A stretch of 64,000 nucleotides of DNA from Lama guanicoe (taxonomy: Eukaryota), in the NCBI GenBank assembly GCA_013239625.1, contig MU054212.1:4684270-4748269 (forward strand), given 5' to 3'. This document shows, piece by piece, positions 12,180 through 24,254 of the stretch. The notes below the pieces were generated by a model, which had not been told where the DNA came from, searched no databases, and saw nothing but the letters and a program-made list of their open reading frames with translations. The position numbers and the translations under genes were made by a program. Within the stretch, counting starts at the first letter, position 1. Each line of letters opens with the position of its first letter.

Positions 12180-13290
12180 AGACTTGGTGGCCAGGATGGC
12201 AGAGAAGGAAGACCCTGAGCTCACCTCCTCCCAAAGGCACACCAACATTACAACTAGTTACAGACAAATTGCTGATGGAAAAGACCATAAGACTAGATGA
12301 AAAGATCTTCTACGACTGGAGATGTAAAGAAGGAGAAACAATGAGATGGCTGGGAGGGACGCAGACTTGGTATAGTCAAGACTTGTATCCCGCGGTGGGT
12401 GACCCACTAACAGGAGGATAATATAGTTGCAGGGGTTCTCCCCAAGGAGCCAGGCGTCCGAGCCCCACATCAGGCTCCCCAGCCCCAGGGTCCTGCCCCA
12501 GGAAGATGAGCCCTCAGAACATTTGGCTCTGAAAGCAAGTGAGGCTTATTTTCAGGAGAGCAGAGGGCTGTGGGAAATAGAACTCCAGTCTTAAAGGGTG
12601 CACACAAAATCTCACATGTTCTGGGACCCAGGATGGAAGCATTAATTTAAAAGGGGCCTGAGTCAGACCTGCTGATTTTGGAGAGGCTCCCAGAGAGGGA
12701 GGAAGCAACTGGCGCTCACCCTCAGGACACAGACTCTGGTGGCGGGCATTTTGGGGAGCTTGTTCTACCACGAGAACACTGATGCTGGCAAGTTCCCTTT
12801 TAGAATCTCCCTGGCTTACAAGCACTGGGACGTGGCCTCACCCACCAGCCTGCTGACCTCAGGCCAAACTACTACCTGGGCAGGGTCACAGCCCTACCTA
12901 CCAGCAGACTGGCTGTCTTAAGACCTTCTGAGCCCAAGGCCACCCCAGGACTCAGCCTTGTCCACCAGGCGGCCCAGGACCTGGCCTCGCACACTAGTGA
13001 CCGGCACTAGCGTGGGGAAACCCACAGCTCTGCAGCCGGAGACCCACGGACCCAGACCCATCCACTAGTGGGCCAGCACTCACCCCGGGAACAGCCTCAC
13101 CCACCAGTGGGTGGACAGACCAACTCTGGGACCACCAGGGCCCTCTAGCCAGAGATCCTGGGACAGCTTCTGCCCGCCAGTGAGCTGGCACTGGCCCCCA
13201 GACTGACTGCCTTGGCCCTGTCCACCAGTGGTTCGCCATCGGCTTTGAACTCCTAAAGCCCTACAGCCAGAGACCCAGGGATCTTGCTCT
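12180..13290 (+). mobile_element. L1 5'UTR (internal promoter region), cetartiodactyl-type, with no ORF1/ORF2 following
   Basis: Begins 'ccaggatggcagagaaggaagaccctgagctcacctcctccc' (YY1-like GATGGC start of L1 5'UTRs); GC-rich; internal degenerate tandem subrepeats at ~12960-13285. Confidence 0.75.
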
Positions 13291-13348
13291 CGAGTGTGAG
13301 TTTGGAAATTTGGGATGGAAGAAAGACTCGTTTTTTTCAGCGCAAATG

Positions 13349-13402
13349 AATTTATTGTTATGAATTTTCTTTGCCAATTTATTGTTATGAACTTTCTTTG
13401 CC
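13349..13402. repeat. 27-bp tandem duplication (2 copies, 1 mismatch)
   Basis: aatttattgttatgaa(t/c)tttctttgcc twice. Confidence 0.95.
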
Positions 13403-14677
13403 AATATTTTTCATGACAGAACTTGATAAATCAAAAACACTCTCACTATATAGTCTTGATCTATATAGTAGTTAGATAGATAGATAAATACCTCAAAATC
13501 ATGACAAAGGCAATGATGACATTTAACTAAGAGGACTTTGGGAAGGAAACTACAAAGTTCCTTGAAATTTAGTCTTAATTTCTTCAATAATTTGAAATAT
13601 ATAATTCTATAAAAAAGATTAGTCACTGTATAATGAGTTATTTTTACAAATGATAAAACTAAAAATTAAAATTTTCTTCTATAATACATCTGAAATACAA
13701 ATTACTTGTATATAAAACCAAGGTGATGAGAGGAAGCAATTCAGCAGGACAGAAGTAATGAATATAATAAAATACTAGCAATCTGGCATGTAAAATACAC
13801 ATTCAGGTATGTGGTCATTGCTTGGCTCTAACTTCAAGCTTTCTCTGTTCACTTAAACAAGAGATGCTTTTGTATGAATTTTCATAGTCATTGGAATCTA
13901 TTGTTTGATACTTGATAGTTCCTTCTTCAGTTTCAATTTTTTCTTCCTTTAGGTGATTTGCGTTCATTAACTACAAGTTTTTGTTTTTTAATATGAAAGC
14001 ATTACTGCTCTCATTAAGCCAGAAGTGACTTTGTGTACGTGGATGCACACACACGCATTGTGTTTTCCAGTAGAACAAATACAAATGAAGCCTGTATACG
14101 ATGCTTTACAAAATGTCTGCCAACCTTGATGTTAATTTCACAATTAAATTCTTAGATGGCCAAAATAATATTTTAAGTTTTTAAGGATTTTTTTTAAATC
14201 CTGAAAATATCTTTGCCTATTCCATAAAAACACAAAAGATCAATGAATAAACACGTAAACATGTGTAGTTTTGGGGAAACTGTATATTTAATGGTTATGT
14301 GAAATCCTTTTTTATTTTTTATCAGATTCTAATTCCCATTACTATAGAAAAACAAAGATAAAACTAAGTAAATAAACTAGGAGTTTTGGAGGAATGCTAT
14401 GAATGGACAAATGGGACATTTAAGAGAACTAGTCTTTCTCTTTCAAGGCTTATAGCATCTGGATAAACTGATCACTAATTATCTAACAATTAGAGGGTCC
14501 CAACACCTCAGCTCTTGGATATCATGTACCAGGAGCACCGTCTACTTTGTCATTCTAACTTACCAAATCAGCAAGACAATTAAAATACCTCATGCAAGTG
14601 CTTCTAGTCCTGGAACATCACAGTAGCTTGGCCTTCTTTCCGCTCAGTGATCACACTCCCTCTGCTTCCAGAGTAGT

Positions 14678-14691
14678 CTGCCCTCTAGTGG
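14678..14691 (-). promoter_or_regulatory. CTCF core motif (CCACTAGAGGGCAG on the minus strand)
   Basis: Plus strand ctgccctctagtgg is an exact match to CCASYAGRKGGCRS; binding not demonstrated. Confidence 0.6.
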
Positions 14692-15174
14692 TACCCTGTA
14701 CATAACTCATAAGAAGTCTATGCTCTGACCACAGCCTCCTATTTTTCCATCTGTCTCATGCCTTCATTTCCTATAAATAGCCTTTGAAAAATCATAGTTC
14801 CTGTTTTGAATTTCCCTACTCTTAATAGTATTTCTCATTCTGAAAAACATGGTGACATTTCAAATAAAATATTGTCTCTTAATTTCTCAAATAATCTTTC
14901 TTCTCTGGCACCTTGATGCTGCTTCAGGCTACAAGATAAGATACTACTGTTCAGTATATTAAAATACAGAGTTACACTTCAATTTAGGATCTTCACCACT
15001 GCTGGACCATTATTGTACTTGGCCCCAGCTGGTGTCTTTGCGATAGATTTTACACTTAACAGTGTCATCAACTTTCTTAACATCATCATCTACTTTTTAC
15101 TTCTAGCAAATGCTCTTTTTTCCTGTTTAACCAATAAATAAATAAATGCTATGCTTTGAGTTCATTTCTTGCCT

Positions 15175-15890
15175 TCACTTATTCATTCAACATAAGGACT
15201 TACTCTACCCTCTTCAAAATATCAATATTTTATATTGGAGAAACAAGAAAATACTATGTTCTTCCCCTTTAAAGGATTTAAGATTGGTGGAAGCAGTAAT
15301 ATGATCATCATGGTAAGTGCCTTGAGGAGACACGTAGCCCCTACGCTGCAGACACAAAATTGAACACAACGTGATTCTACAAGGGAAGGTTGCATATTGG
15401 CACACATATTGGAAACAATATTCTTAGCAAAGATGTCAGCATGTGAAAATTTTGCAAGTATCAGAAGACACATACAGTTCAAGAAACTACAGGTAGTCAT
15501 TCATGACTGAATCATGAAATAACATTCCAACTGTACATTTTTAAAAGTTAACCAGAATGACAGTATGATGTGTCTCAGAGAATGAAAAGTTAGAACAGGG
15601 ATAACAGTTTGAGGATTTTTATAATACCTGCACGGACTAAATAATGATGTCTAAAATGAGTTGGGGCATTGGAAAGAGAAAGGAGATAAAATAGATAATG
15701 AAGAACTGGAAATGGAGGAATTCAGGGACTGATAAAATATAGAAAATAAGGAAATTGATCAATATTGCTGCTATTCTTTGCAAATTGGAATTGAAGAAGG
15801 AAAGGCAATTTTTGAAGAAAAGATGAGTTTATTTTGGCCATACTGAATCTGAGGTACATTTTAAACATTTAGAGGAGGCTTGTAAGCATT
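15175..15890 (-). mobile_element. L2 LINE, reverse orientation
   Basis: Starts 'attcattcaac'; contains 'gatgagtttattttggccatactgaatctgaggtac', an antisense L2 motif. Confidence 0.65.
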
Positions 15891-16339
15891 TAAATGCCTT
15901 ATACCTCTAAATATAGCAAGAGTCTTCTCCCTTCAAATTCCTTCTAAAACAAGTCTCCAAGAAAATAACTACTTTGTATTTGAATCCCTGTCATATCTCT
16001 CATGTGATGAGGACTTTTTTTTTTCTTTTCAATTACTTTATTTGAAGCATCAAAGTAATGCTGAGAGACACTTTGGCCTGAAATGATTTCAATCAATGCT
16101 AATTTGGGAAACTTATAGAGGTCACCAACAGAAAAGTGAAAAAGGAAGCAAGAAAATTAACACCAATTAGTCATTATTCCTGGGAGTGTGACCTCACAGA
16201 TTTAAAGGCTGCATGCCATTACAAACAAGCTTGTTAAATACTTCAAAGAAGCAATAGAAAAAAATGGTTATGTAGCAGATATTACAAAGATATTCCAAAA
16301 AGAAGAGATACTTTAAAATGTTTTCTTGTACAAATGTTA

Positions 16340-16490
16340 TTATTAGTGTATGTATGTTTATAATTGTTATAGCTTCCTGATTGACTATTTTACATTACAA
16401 AATGTCCCTCTTCATCTTTAGCAATATTTATGTTTAAAGTCTGTTTTGCCTGATATCAGCACAGCCACTCCAGTGTTCTTGTGTTGCTTA
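16340..16490 (-). mobile_element. L1M ORF2 endonuclease fragment
   Basis: 'ttaaagtctgttttgcctgatatcagcacagccactccag' is the antisense of the EN 'GVAILISDK' region. Confidence 0.7.
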
Positions 16491-17753
16491 ACAGATCAAA
16501 GAGAGGTTATAGACCTGCCTAAGGTTTTACAACAGAGTTACCATGTGCAGTGGCGTTATTTTCTTCTCTAACATAGAATCTACTGAGTCAGTTTTCACAT
16601 AGCTTCTTGTTGATTTGAGGAGTCTCAGTAGACTTCTTTTTAGAAGTCTACTTCTAAATTTGAATTTCTTCTTCAATTTGAATTTCTTCTTTGTGGTTGA
16701 AGGGCAATGGAACACTTAAGCCCAGATTTAACTTTACATTTTAAAGGTATAACCAAACCATTATGGGTCCTGTTTAATAAAAATTCCACTTAATATGAGC
16801 TCATTTAATTATTATGGGTCCATTTAATAGAAAAAAAAACATAACATACTCCCTTCATTCTTCTCCAATTCTAAGCAAATTAAATGAAATGGCCTCCAAG
16901 GTTATTACTATATGCAAACTGTATCAGAATACAAGATATTGAACTGTAATCTATTTTCATCCCATTAGAGTTATGTCACTCTTAGTTTAGTCTTCCGTTG
17001 TGATTAAACAATTAGATACAAATGGTTTTCTAATGGATTTACTACAAGACGTTAGAGGAAGCAAACTCATGACCTTAGCTCATTTCTCCTCCCTTTGAAG
17101 TGTCAACTATTAACTATTCTAAAAACCCATTAATTTGAATACCTTCTTTGAGTTGATAAAGTTTTTGGTGATAATATTGACAGATATCAGTACATCTTTT
17201 TTAGTGTAAAAAAGTAACTAGATAGATAATTAGGGACTTTTACCTTCTTTCTAGGCAGTTAATTAATGCTACCATATTTCAAGTCCTTATCAATCTTACT
17301 CCCAGATTAAGGCATTAATTTCCAAATTGGTCTCTTTAGCACTACATTCCCTGGTCTCCCCTACAAGGTACACATTTCAGTGTGGTTAATCTTATTAAAT
17401 CACAGTTCTCACTGAGTCACCCCCTTGCTTTAAAAAAAATAGGGGTTGTTAACTAAATTTTTACTTCATCAAATTAACTATGGAAATAGATACGTGTGTG
17501 TGTATAAAAACAGACATCTATGTTTTACTGCACTAACGAGGCACACTTTCACTACAATTATAGCTGATGTCCCTAATCATCCATTTATCAAATAATTATT
17601 TTTTAAAAATTTATTTTCTTTCCCCCACTTGACAAATTTCTTGTGGAAATTATAGTGTCTATAAATGGTTAAGATTGCATATTTACAGTTTAGAGAATGA
17701 CCTCTGGAAGATGTATGACTGCATGAAAACTTATTTGAAACAACTGTTAATAT

Positions 17754-17771
17754 TGTGTGTGTGTGTGTGTG
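17754..17771. repeat. (TG)n microsatellite
   Basis: Direct observation. Confidence 0.9.
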
Positions 17772-17794
17772 AGTGACTTTTCTAAACCTTCATC

Positions 17795-17951
17795 ATGAAA
17801 TTGAGCCTTGAGAATAGGCTCTCCTGTATATTTCAGGCTGAAGGCAACATTCTTTTACAAAAGGTGCAGAATCAGCCCAGGAAACAGAGCACAGGGTTAA
17901 AGCCAAAGGAACAGATCTAATATGGAGTCAGATCTGTTCTTTTCTATTACA
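17795..17951 (-). mobile_element. MER41-like ERV1 LTR, 5' part
   Basis: Minus strand starts 'tgtaatagaaaaagaacagatctgactccatattagatctg' and contains 'gttgccttcagcctgaaatatacagga...ttctcaaggctc', like cetartiodactyl MER41-type LTRs. Confidence 0.6.
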
Positions 17952-17974
17952 TTATTACGTTAGGCCAACCTGGC

Positions 17975-18035
17975 TAACCGAGACGAATTCCACCTCAAGG
18001 TCCTTAACTTATCACATCTATAAGACCCCTTTTGT
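17975..18035 (-). mobile_element. MLT1 (ERVL-MaLR) LTR fragment
   Basis: 'ctcaaggtccttaacttatcacatctataagacccctttt' matches the MLT1 motif 'ctcaagatccttaacttaatcacatctgcaaag'. Confidence 0.6.
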
Positions 18036-18839
18036 TTTAGAAACTTCTACATACAAAATTAAAACACAGGAAGAGTTGCAGTGGTGGGGTACTCTTCAGG
18101 CAAGTCTATGAATAACTTAACCACTATCAAGGCCTGAAGGTTGAGAAGCAATTACGTTTCCTCCCCTTTATTTCTGATTTTAAAATCTATAGAGTTCTAT
18201 ACTACTGTGATGTAAATATCTCTGCAATAATATTACAAAAATATTGTAATTGTTGACACACAAAAATTATTTATAAAACACCGGATGTCAGTATGACCTT
18301 GTACAAAATTAATTTTATAATCATCACCTGTAAAATTCCCAAAGTTGACATTCATGATTTTCTTCAATTTCTGTGCTTCATACATGCAGACACAACATCT
18401 TTTAAGCCTGTTTGTGATCTGAGCCGTGTTTTGTACCTTACTAGGGAGCTTGCCTTGTTGTAAAAGGCAATGCTAGCATGGGGGGTGCATTCTAGCTTTT
18501 GATTGCTGAGGTGGTATCTGGCTTTCCCGGCTGGCAGTCGAGGACCCAGCTTTATCTTCTCACTTCTGTGTTGACAAAGTGCTTCTTTCCCTACCTTTAT
18601 GGGAAGCTTCCCTTTCATTCTTGCCAACAAGGTAAGCTTTACCTCATTCAATCCTTATTCAGAAGATTTATAACAACTAACCTTTATTTTCACAATGCCA
18701 GTCTCTGTGCTAGGCACCCAGAGATTTATCAGAGCATTTCTGTGATGTTAAAATGGTATGTGTACATGTACTTAGTCTGCACAATACTTATTGTGTTTTA
18801 ATTGTAAGTGAAAAACTTGAATATCTGAATTTAATTTTT

Positions 18840-18930
18840 TTTTTCAAGATCACTGGTTAGTAATGTGAAACTGGGGAAGGTAAACCCTGGTCATCAGATG
18901 GCAAAGGCAATATTTTCTCCACTATACCAA
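18840..18930 (-). mobile_element. MIR SINE fragment
   Basis: 'caagatcactggttagtaatg...aaaccctggtc...ccactatacca' resembles antisense MIR. Confidence 0.55.
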
Positions 18931-19034
18931 GCTTCATTTTGCTATTTGCAAAACATATCATACATATTGTGGGTTGAATAGATTTATGATGTTTGCTTTG
19001 ATAACCATCAGAATATAGAACAATATTTTAAAAA

Positions 19035-19130
19035 GTAATAGAAAATTTGGACCTACAAATCTTGGGTTCAAATTCAGGTACTTTCAATCACACTGTATGA
19101 CTTTGAACATTTTGCAAATTTTCCTAACTT
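19035..19130 (+). mobile_element. MIR SINE fragment
   Basis: 'cttgggttcaaattcagg...ctgtatgactttgaaca' resembles the MIR B-box/core. Confidence 0.55.
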
Positions 19131-20519
19131 TGAGGGGCAGTCTGGAGATGTCTTGAGGGAAATTAAGCATGTGTTCCCCTTATAAAGAGCTGTTACAATC
19201 CAAATTTCAAGATTTAAGTTTTGGATACTTTTTCTCTTTTTCTTCTTCTTTTTTTTTTAAATTTATTTTGCCAATCAGCTAACAAACATATGTGCCTAAA
19301 CCAGAGACAGAAGGATGGAGATCTGAAGTAACAGATCTTATTAACTTGTCTGCTGAACCTCTTAAGTATGATGGAAACCTTTCATTATCACTGGAAAACA
19401 AAACATTACTGCCTATTAAATTGTTCTGTAAAAGAATTTAATTCCATACAGATTACTACAACTGTCAGATAATATTGGAGCATGTGGTGTTGCCTTAAAT
19501 GTTGAGACACTGTCAGTTTATGAAGGTAAATGAACATCCTAGATGATTACAACCACCACTTTGTGTTTAGTGTCACATTATAAGTTACATAATTCATCAT
19601 TTCTATGCAAAGTGGATTGAATAAAGCAAGTGCCATGACATATTTTTGCTTCACATCATTAGTGATGGAAAATGAACTTGACAAGATGTCTTTAATTCTA
19701 TAATAAGTTGACCGTGCATTTCAATATGACAGAGTTTAGAGAAGTGGATAAACTCCTTGAGTTTAATAAACTTAAAATATTGTAATTTTGATCCAAATTT
19801 ATTACATTGTTTATTAAATTTGACATAATGTAAATCATCTGTGCCCAAATTCTACACTGACTTTAAATTAGGCAAATTCAAACCTCATTAACTTGACCGT
19901 ATTCCTTAAGGTACTATTATATTATTTCTTTGGTACAATAAACTTTACTCTGACTAGCCAGAAATTAACTCTAAGTACAGGACTTGTCAACAATGAGATC
20001 TGAGGCAGTATATAAATTCGGTTTTTTAACTTAAAAATTTTTTCTTTTCTCTGAATTAAATGGAAAAAGCATTATATACAGAAACTTAAGTTCAACCTTC
20101 TACACTGGAAAACCTGAGAGACTCTGAGAACGTATCAGCTATTTGCCCAAATCTATCCCTTTGCTTCAATCTGATTCCAAAAATTTCAGCATTGTAATTT
20201 TATTGTTTTATTAAGAGAGCAAGTTTCTATTAAAATGTAAGTATAAATTCTCAAATATTTCCTTATTTAAGCTTCAATAAAAATGATGTTATGTGAACTT
20301 TCTAATTAACAATTGCATTTAACAAATTTTGACAAGAATGATGGGAAAATAAGACAAAGAGAACAGATTTATGAGAGACTGTGAAATACCAGTTTTCTGA
20401 AAGACAGCCTGAACCATATTGTGAATATTTTTTAAAAAGTGATTTTGAATGGTAGAAACACGTAGTGCATCAGATGCCTCTCTATAGTTCTTTGCAATGT
20501 ATTTTTATGTTTCTAGAGT

Positions 20520-21495
20520 AAGCTAGACTTACTAAGAAGAAAAAGAGAGAAGACTGAAATAAATACAATTATAAATGAATGAGACATATATCCGGCACCA
20601 CAGAAATACAAAGCACCATAAGAGGCCACTATGAACAATTATACACCAACAAGTCTTAACCTAGAAAAACAGATGCCTTCATAGAAACATACAACTTACC
20701 AGAGCAATCATGAAGGAGTATGAAAAACTCTGAACAGACCAATAACACATAAGGAGACAGAAGCAACAAAGAAAACCCAGGACTGAATGGTCTCCCTGGT
20801 GACTCTACCAAATATTTAAAGAATTAATGCCAGTCCTTCTCAAATTCTTCCAACATACTGAAGAGGAGGGAACATAATCAAATTCATTTTACAAAGTCAG
20901 CATTACCCTGATACCAAAGCCATATAAGGACATTACAAGAAATCTACAGACCAATATCCCTGATGAATATAAATATAAAAATTCTGAACAAAATATTAGC
21001 AAATCAAATTCAACAGCACATTAAAAGGATCATACACCACAACTTAGTGACATTTAACCCTGGGATACAAGAATGGTTCAATGTATACAAATTAATAACT
21101 ATGGTACACCATGTTAATAGAATGAAAGATAAAAAAATATATAAACCTCTCTATAGATGTAGAAAAAGCACTTGACAAAATTCAACAGCCTTTCATGATC
21201 AAAACTCTTAATAAATCAGGTATAGAAGGAACGTAGTTTAAAACAATAAAGGCCATATATGACAAACATATAGCTAAGATAATGCTTAATGGTAAAAGGT
21301 TGAACACTTTCCCTTCAAGATAAGGAAAAAGACAAGGGTGCCTACTCTTACCCTAGGCATCTAGGAGGTCTAGCCAGAGCAATTAGGCAAGAAAAAGAAA
21401 TAAAAAGCATCTAAATTGGAATAGAAGAAGTAATATGGTCTCTGTTCAAAGCTGACATGAACTTATACATAGAATCTATCAAAAAACTGTTAGAT
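20520..21495 (+). mobile_element. L1 (L1MA/L1MB age) ORF2 reverse-transcriptase region, frameshifted
   Basis: ORF 20963-21175 '[26 protein letters not shown]...[10 protein letters not shown]' is L1 ORF2p RT sequence; the flanks continue the L1 match. Confidence 0.92.
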
Positions 21496-21754
21496 AAAAT
21501 ATTCACAACATACTAAAAAATCTAGTAATAATTTATTTGTTTAATATAGATAATTATAACAAGTAGTATGAAAACACTGTGAACTGTTCAAATATTAACT
21601 GTATTTTTGTAAAGAGAGAATATGTAATTTAACTGATACCTTTTTATCAGCAATAAATAATGTCTGCACTAAACTATAACAAAAGATTTTAAGATTTTTG
21701 TATAAAAATTATTTATGTAATTACCTAGATATATTTTCACAAAATATACATTAA

Positions 21755-22950
21755 GTAAACTTACTATTGTATAAGTAAATTCTCCAAATAAATCTAAATT
21801 TAGTTCAACTGTAATAAAAATCTCATCAGAGTTTTGAAAATAACAGAGAACAAAAATCTCAAGAGCAAACAGCCAAGAGAAAAATACTGTGGAGTCTTTA
21901 TACTTTTAATTCTTAAGAAGTTTTACAAAGGTATAGTATTTAACCTGCTAGTTTTTAGCAGAAGGATAGTCAAAGAGACCAGTGGAATAGCAGGAAGCTC
22001 AGAACAAATTTACAAAGGTGCAGGAACCTGTCCTCTGACAGAGATGGCACTGAGAGTCACTGGGGAAAACAACCTAATCAGTAAATGGTGCTGAAAAAAA
22101 AAGTTACGCAAATAAAAAATACATTATAAGGGATTTTTATTCGACAATTTAGATGAACATCAATTCTGAATTGATTAAGAACTCAAATTTTAAAGAATAA
22201 TTTCAAAATAAAAAGTAAACATAGATGTGCATATTTATAACCTTAGACTAAAGATATGTTTCTTAAAGACCAGATGACATTTACTGTATATGAAAATATT
22301 AATACATCTGAATACATTAAAATTAAGAATTTCTTATTTAGAAGACATTATAAAGAAAGTGAAAGTATAATTCACAAATTGGGAGAAGGTATGTGCAACA
22401 TATACAGTTTATGAAGCATTTATATAAAAAGCCCTCTAAATTTGTGAATAAAAACAAACAACTTTTCTTATAAATATGCTGCTTTAAAGTAACATTTGAA
22501 AATGTGTGCCAGTAGACACTTACGTAGCTATGTAAGTTTATAATACCATCATAATAGCAACTAAAAAAAGCAATAGGAAACAGTGTCAATCAACAATAGA
22601 ATATAAAAATAAAATATTTGTATGTGTACAGTGTATTACAGAGTAGTGAGAATCAACAAATGAAATATGTATATACACATCAGAATGGGTAAGACAGGAT
22701 ATTGAACAAACAAAGCAAGGTAAAAGTACACAATATAATTCTATGTATAGCACAGAATCTTTTATTTTTGAAAATTAAAGAATGACTACAGAAAACAACA
22801 GGATACAAGGTTATCTCAGGGGAGGAAGGGCTACGACATCTACCTGGAGTCTCTGAAGTAGTAGTTATATTTTATTTTTTAAGTGATATGTAGGTTTCAT
22901 GGATATCACTTTATTATTCTCAATGATAATTCTCACTATGAAAAATATAA
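21755..22950 (+). mobile_element. Ancient L1ME, ORF2 3' region and 3'UTR
   Basis: 'agtaaatggtgctg', 'attaaaattaagaatttct' and 'tgggagaaggtatgtgcaacatata' are L1 motifs. Confidence 0.7.
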
Positions 22951-24039
22951 AATTAACCAAAAATAGATAACTTTTGAATGTCAAAAAGTGATACAAGAGG
23001 CATGTTTTTCAAACTGATATGCTATTACCCTTGTTTCCACATTTTATTTAATAATTTTTAAATTTGTCAAACATGGCTCATTTTATTATTTTAAATCACA
23101 TCAGAACTATTAGACTGGTAACATTTTTCTTCTTAATAATAGCATGTGTCAAAATACATCGTCCTAAACAAAGATTATCCTATATGTATTTGTATTTCCT
23201 TTAAAATGTTGGGATATTTTGTATTCAGTAAATACGTTGGTCAGGGACATTTTCTAAAGGTGTATAAAATACTCACCACTAAAGATAACCTGATTAGGTG
23301 AAAAAATAAGTTGATTGTAATTGGAATGGACAAATCATGTCAGATATCAGACTGTAAAATGTGCTCAGTCTTGCTTAATGACTTCTCTGTGATAGAACTG
23401 TATGACAGAGGTCTAAAAGACTAACCCTGGATCACACATGCCAGCAAGCAAATCTCCAAAAGATCTTCAAGCTGAGTAATTTACCGCCAAATTCTCAAAG
23501 ATGTCCTAATACGATTTTCCTTTTTCAATTCTTTAATTAATTATGTCATTTTGTGGTGAAATGTATTCTGATTTAAGTAATTACTCAACAAAAATATTAC
23601 TCTAGTAATAAAAGTTTGAAACAAATTTAAGGAACAGTGGAATATATTTTATTTTAACTATTCTACTTATTTAAATGTAACAGTAAGTTAAAATAATAAT
23701 GGTGCTTTGATGCACAAGTGTTTACATTATGAATAATAAACTCAATAGTTACTAGATCATATTTATAAAATTGATGGGTAAACAATGCACAAATTCCTTG
23801 ATTGATTGATTTACATACTATCTCATTCAGTACACATTCTGCACATTTGCACATTCTGAAGCAAATCAGCTTCAATATAATAAATATTTAAGAATAAACT
23901 AAAAGTCTACTGAGAATTATTAAACTGATGTCTATATGTGAGGAAATTTAACTATTATAATAACAAAAATGTGTTTTCTTGGATCTGTGACCAACACAAG
24001 ATGGCCCAAAGGAAACAAACCCAATTTTTTTAGTCAAAG

Positions 24040-24254
24040 GGGTAGACTGCAATTTTAAAATTGTGGAATAGATAAACAAGATTACACTGTATAGCACAGG
24101 GAAATATACACAAAATGTTATGATAACTCACAGAGAAAAAAATGTGACAATGAGTGTGTATACGTCCATGAATGACTGAAAAATTGTGCTGAACACTGAA
24201 ATTTGACACAACATTGTAAACTGATTATAAATCAATAAAAAATGTTAAAAAAAA
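24040..24254 (+). mobile_element. Young lineage-specific L1 3' end (camelid-like)
   Basis: 'gataaacaagattacactgtatagcacagggaaatata...tttgacacaacattgtaaactgattataaatcaataaaaaatgttaaaaaaaa' with poly(A) signal and A tail. Confidence 0.85.

Noticed and set aside
12085..13239. Overlapping ORFs and GC-rich island as a host gene promoter or first exon
   Set aside because: Explained by the L1 5'UTR; GC-rich sequence has few stop codons and CpG remains sparse
16527..16715. Basic ORF 'KKKFKLKKKFKF'
   Set aside because: The repeated peptide comes from an 18-bp tandem duplication; no splice or homology support
20963..21175. Reverse-transcriptase-like ORF as a functional gene
   Set aside because: A short piece of a frameshifted L1 ORF2 relic
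23270..23310. Minus-strand 13-nt exon-like signal (ctaatcAG|gttatctttagtg|GTGAGT)
   Set aside because: Isolated, frame-shifting and with no supporting minus-strand exons; consistent with chance
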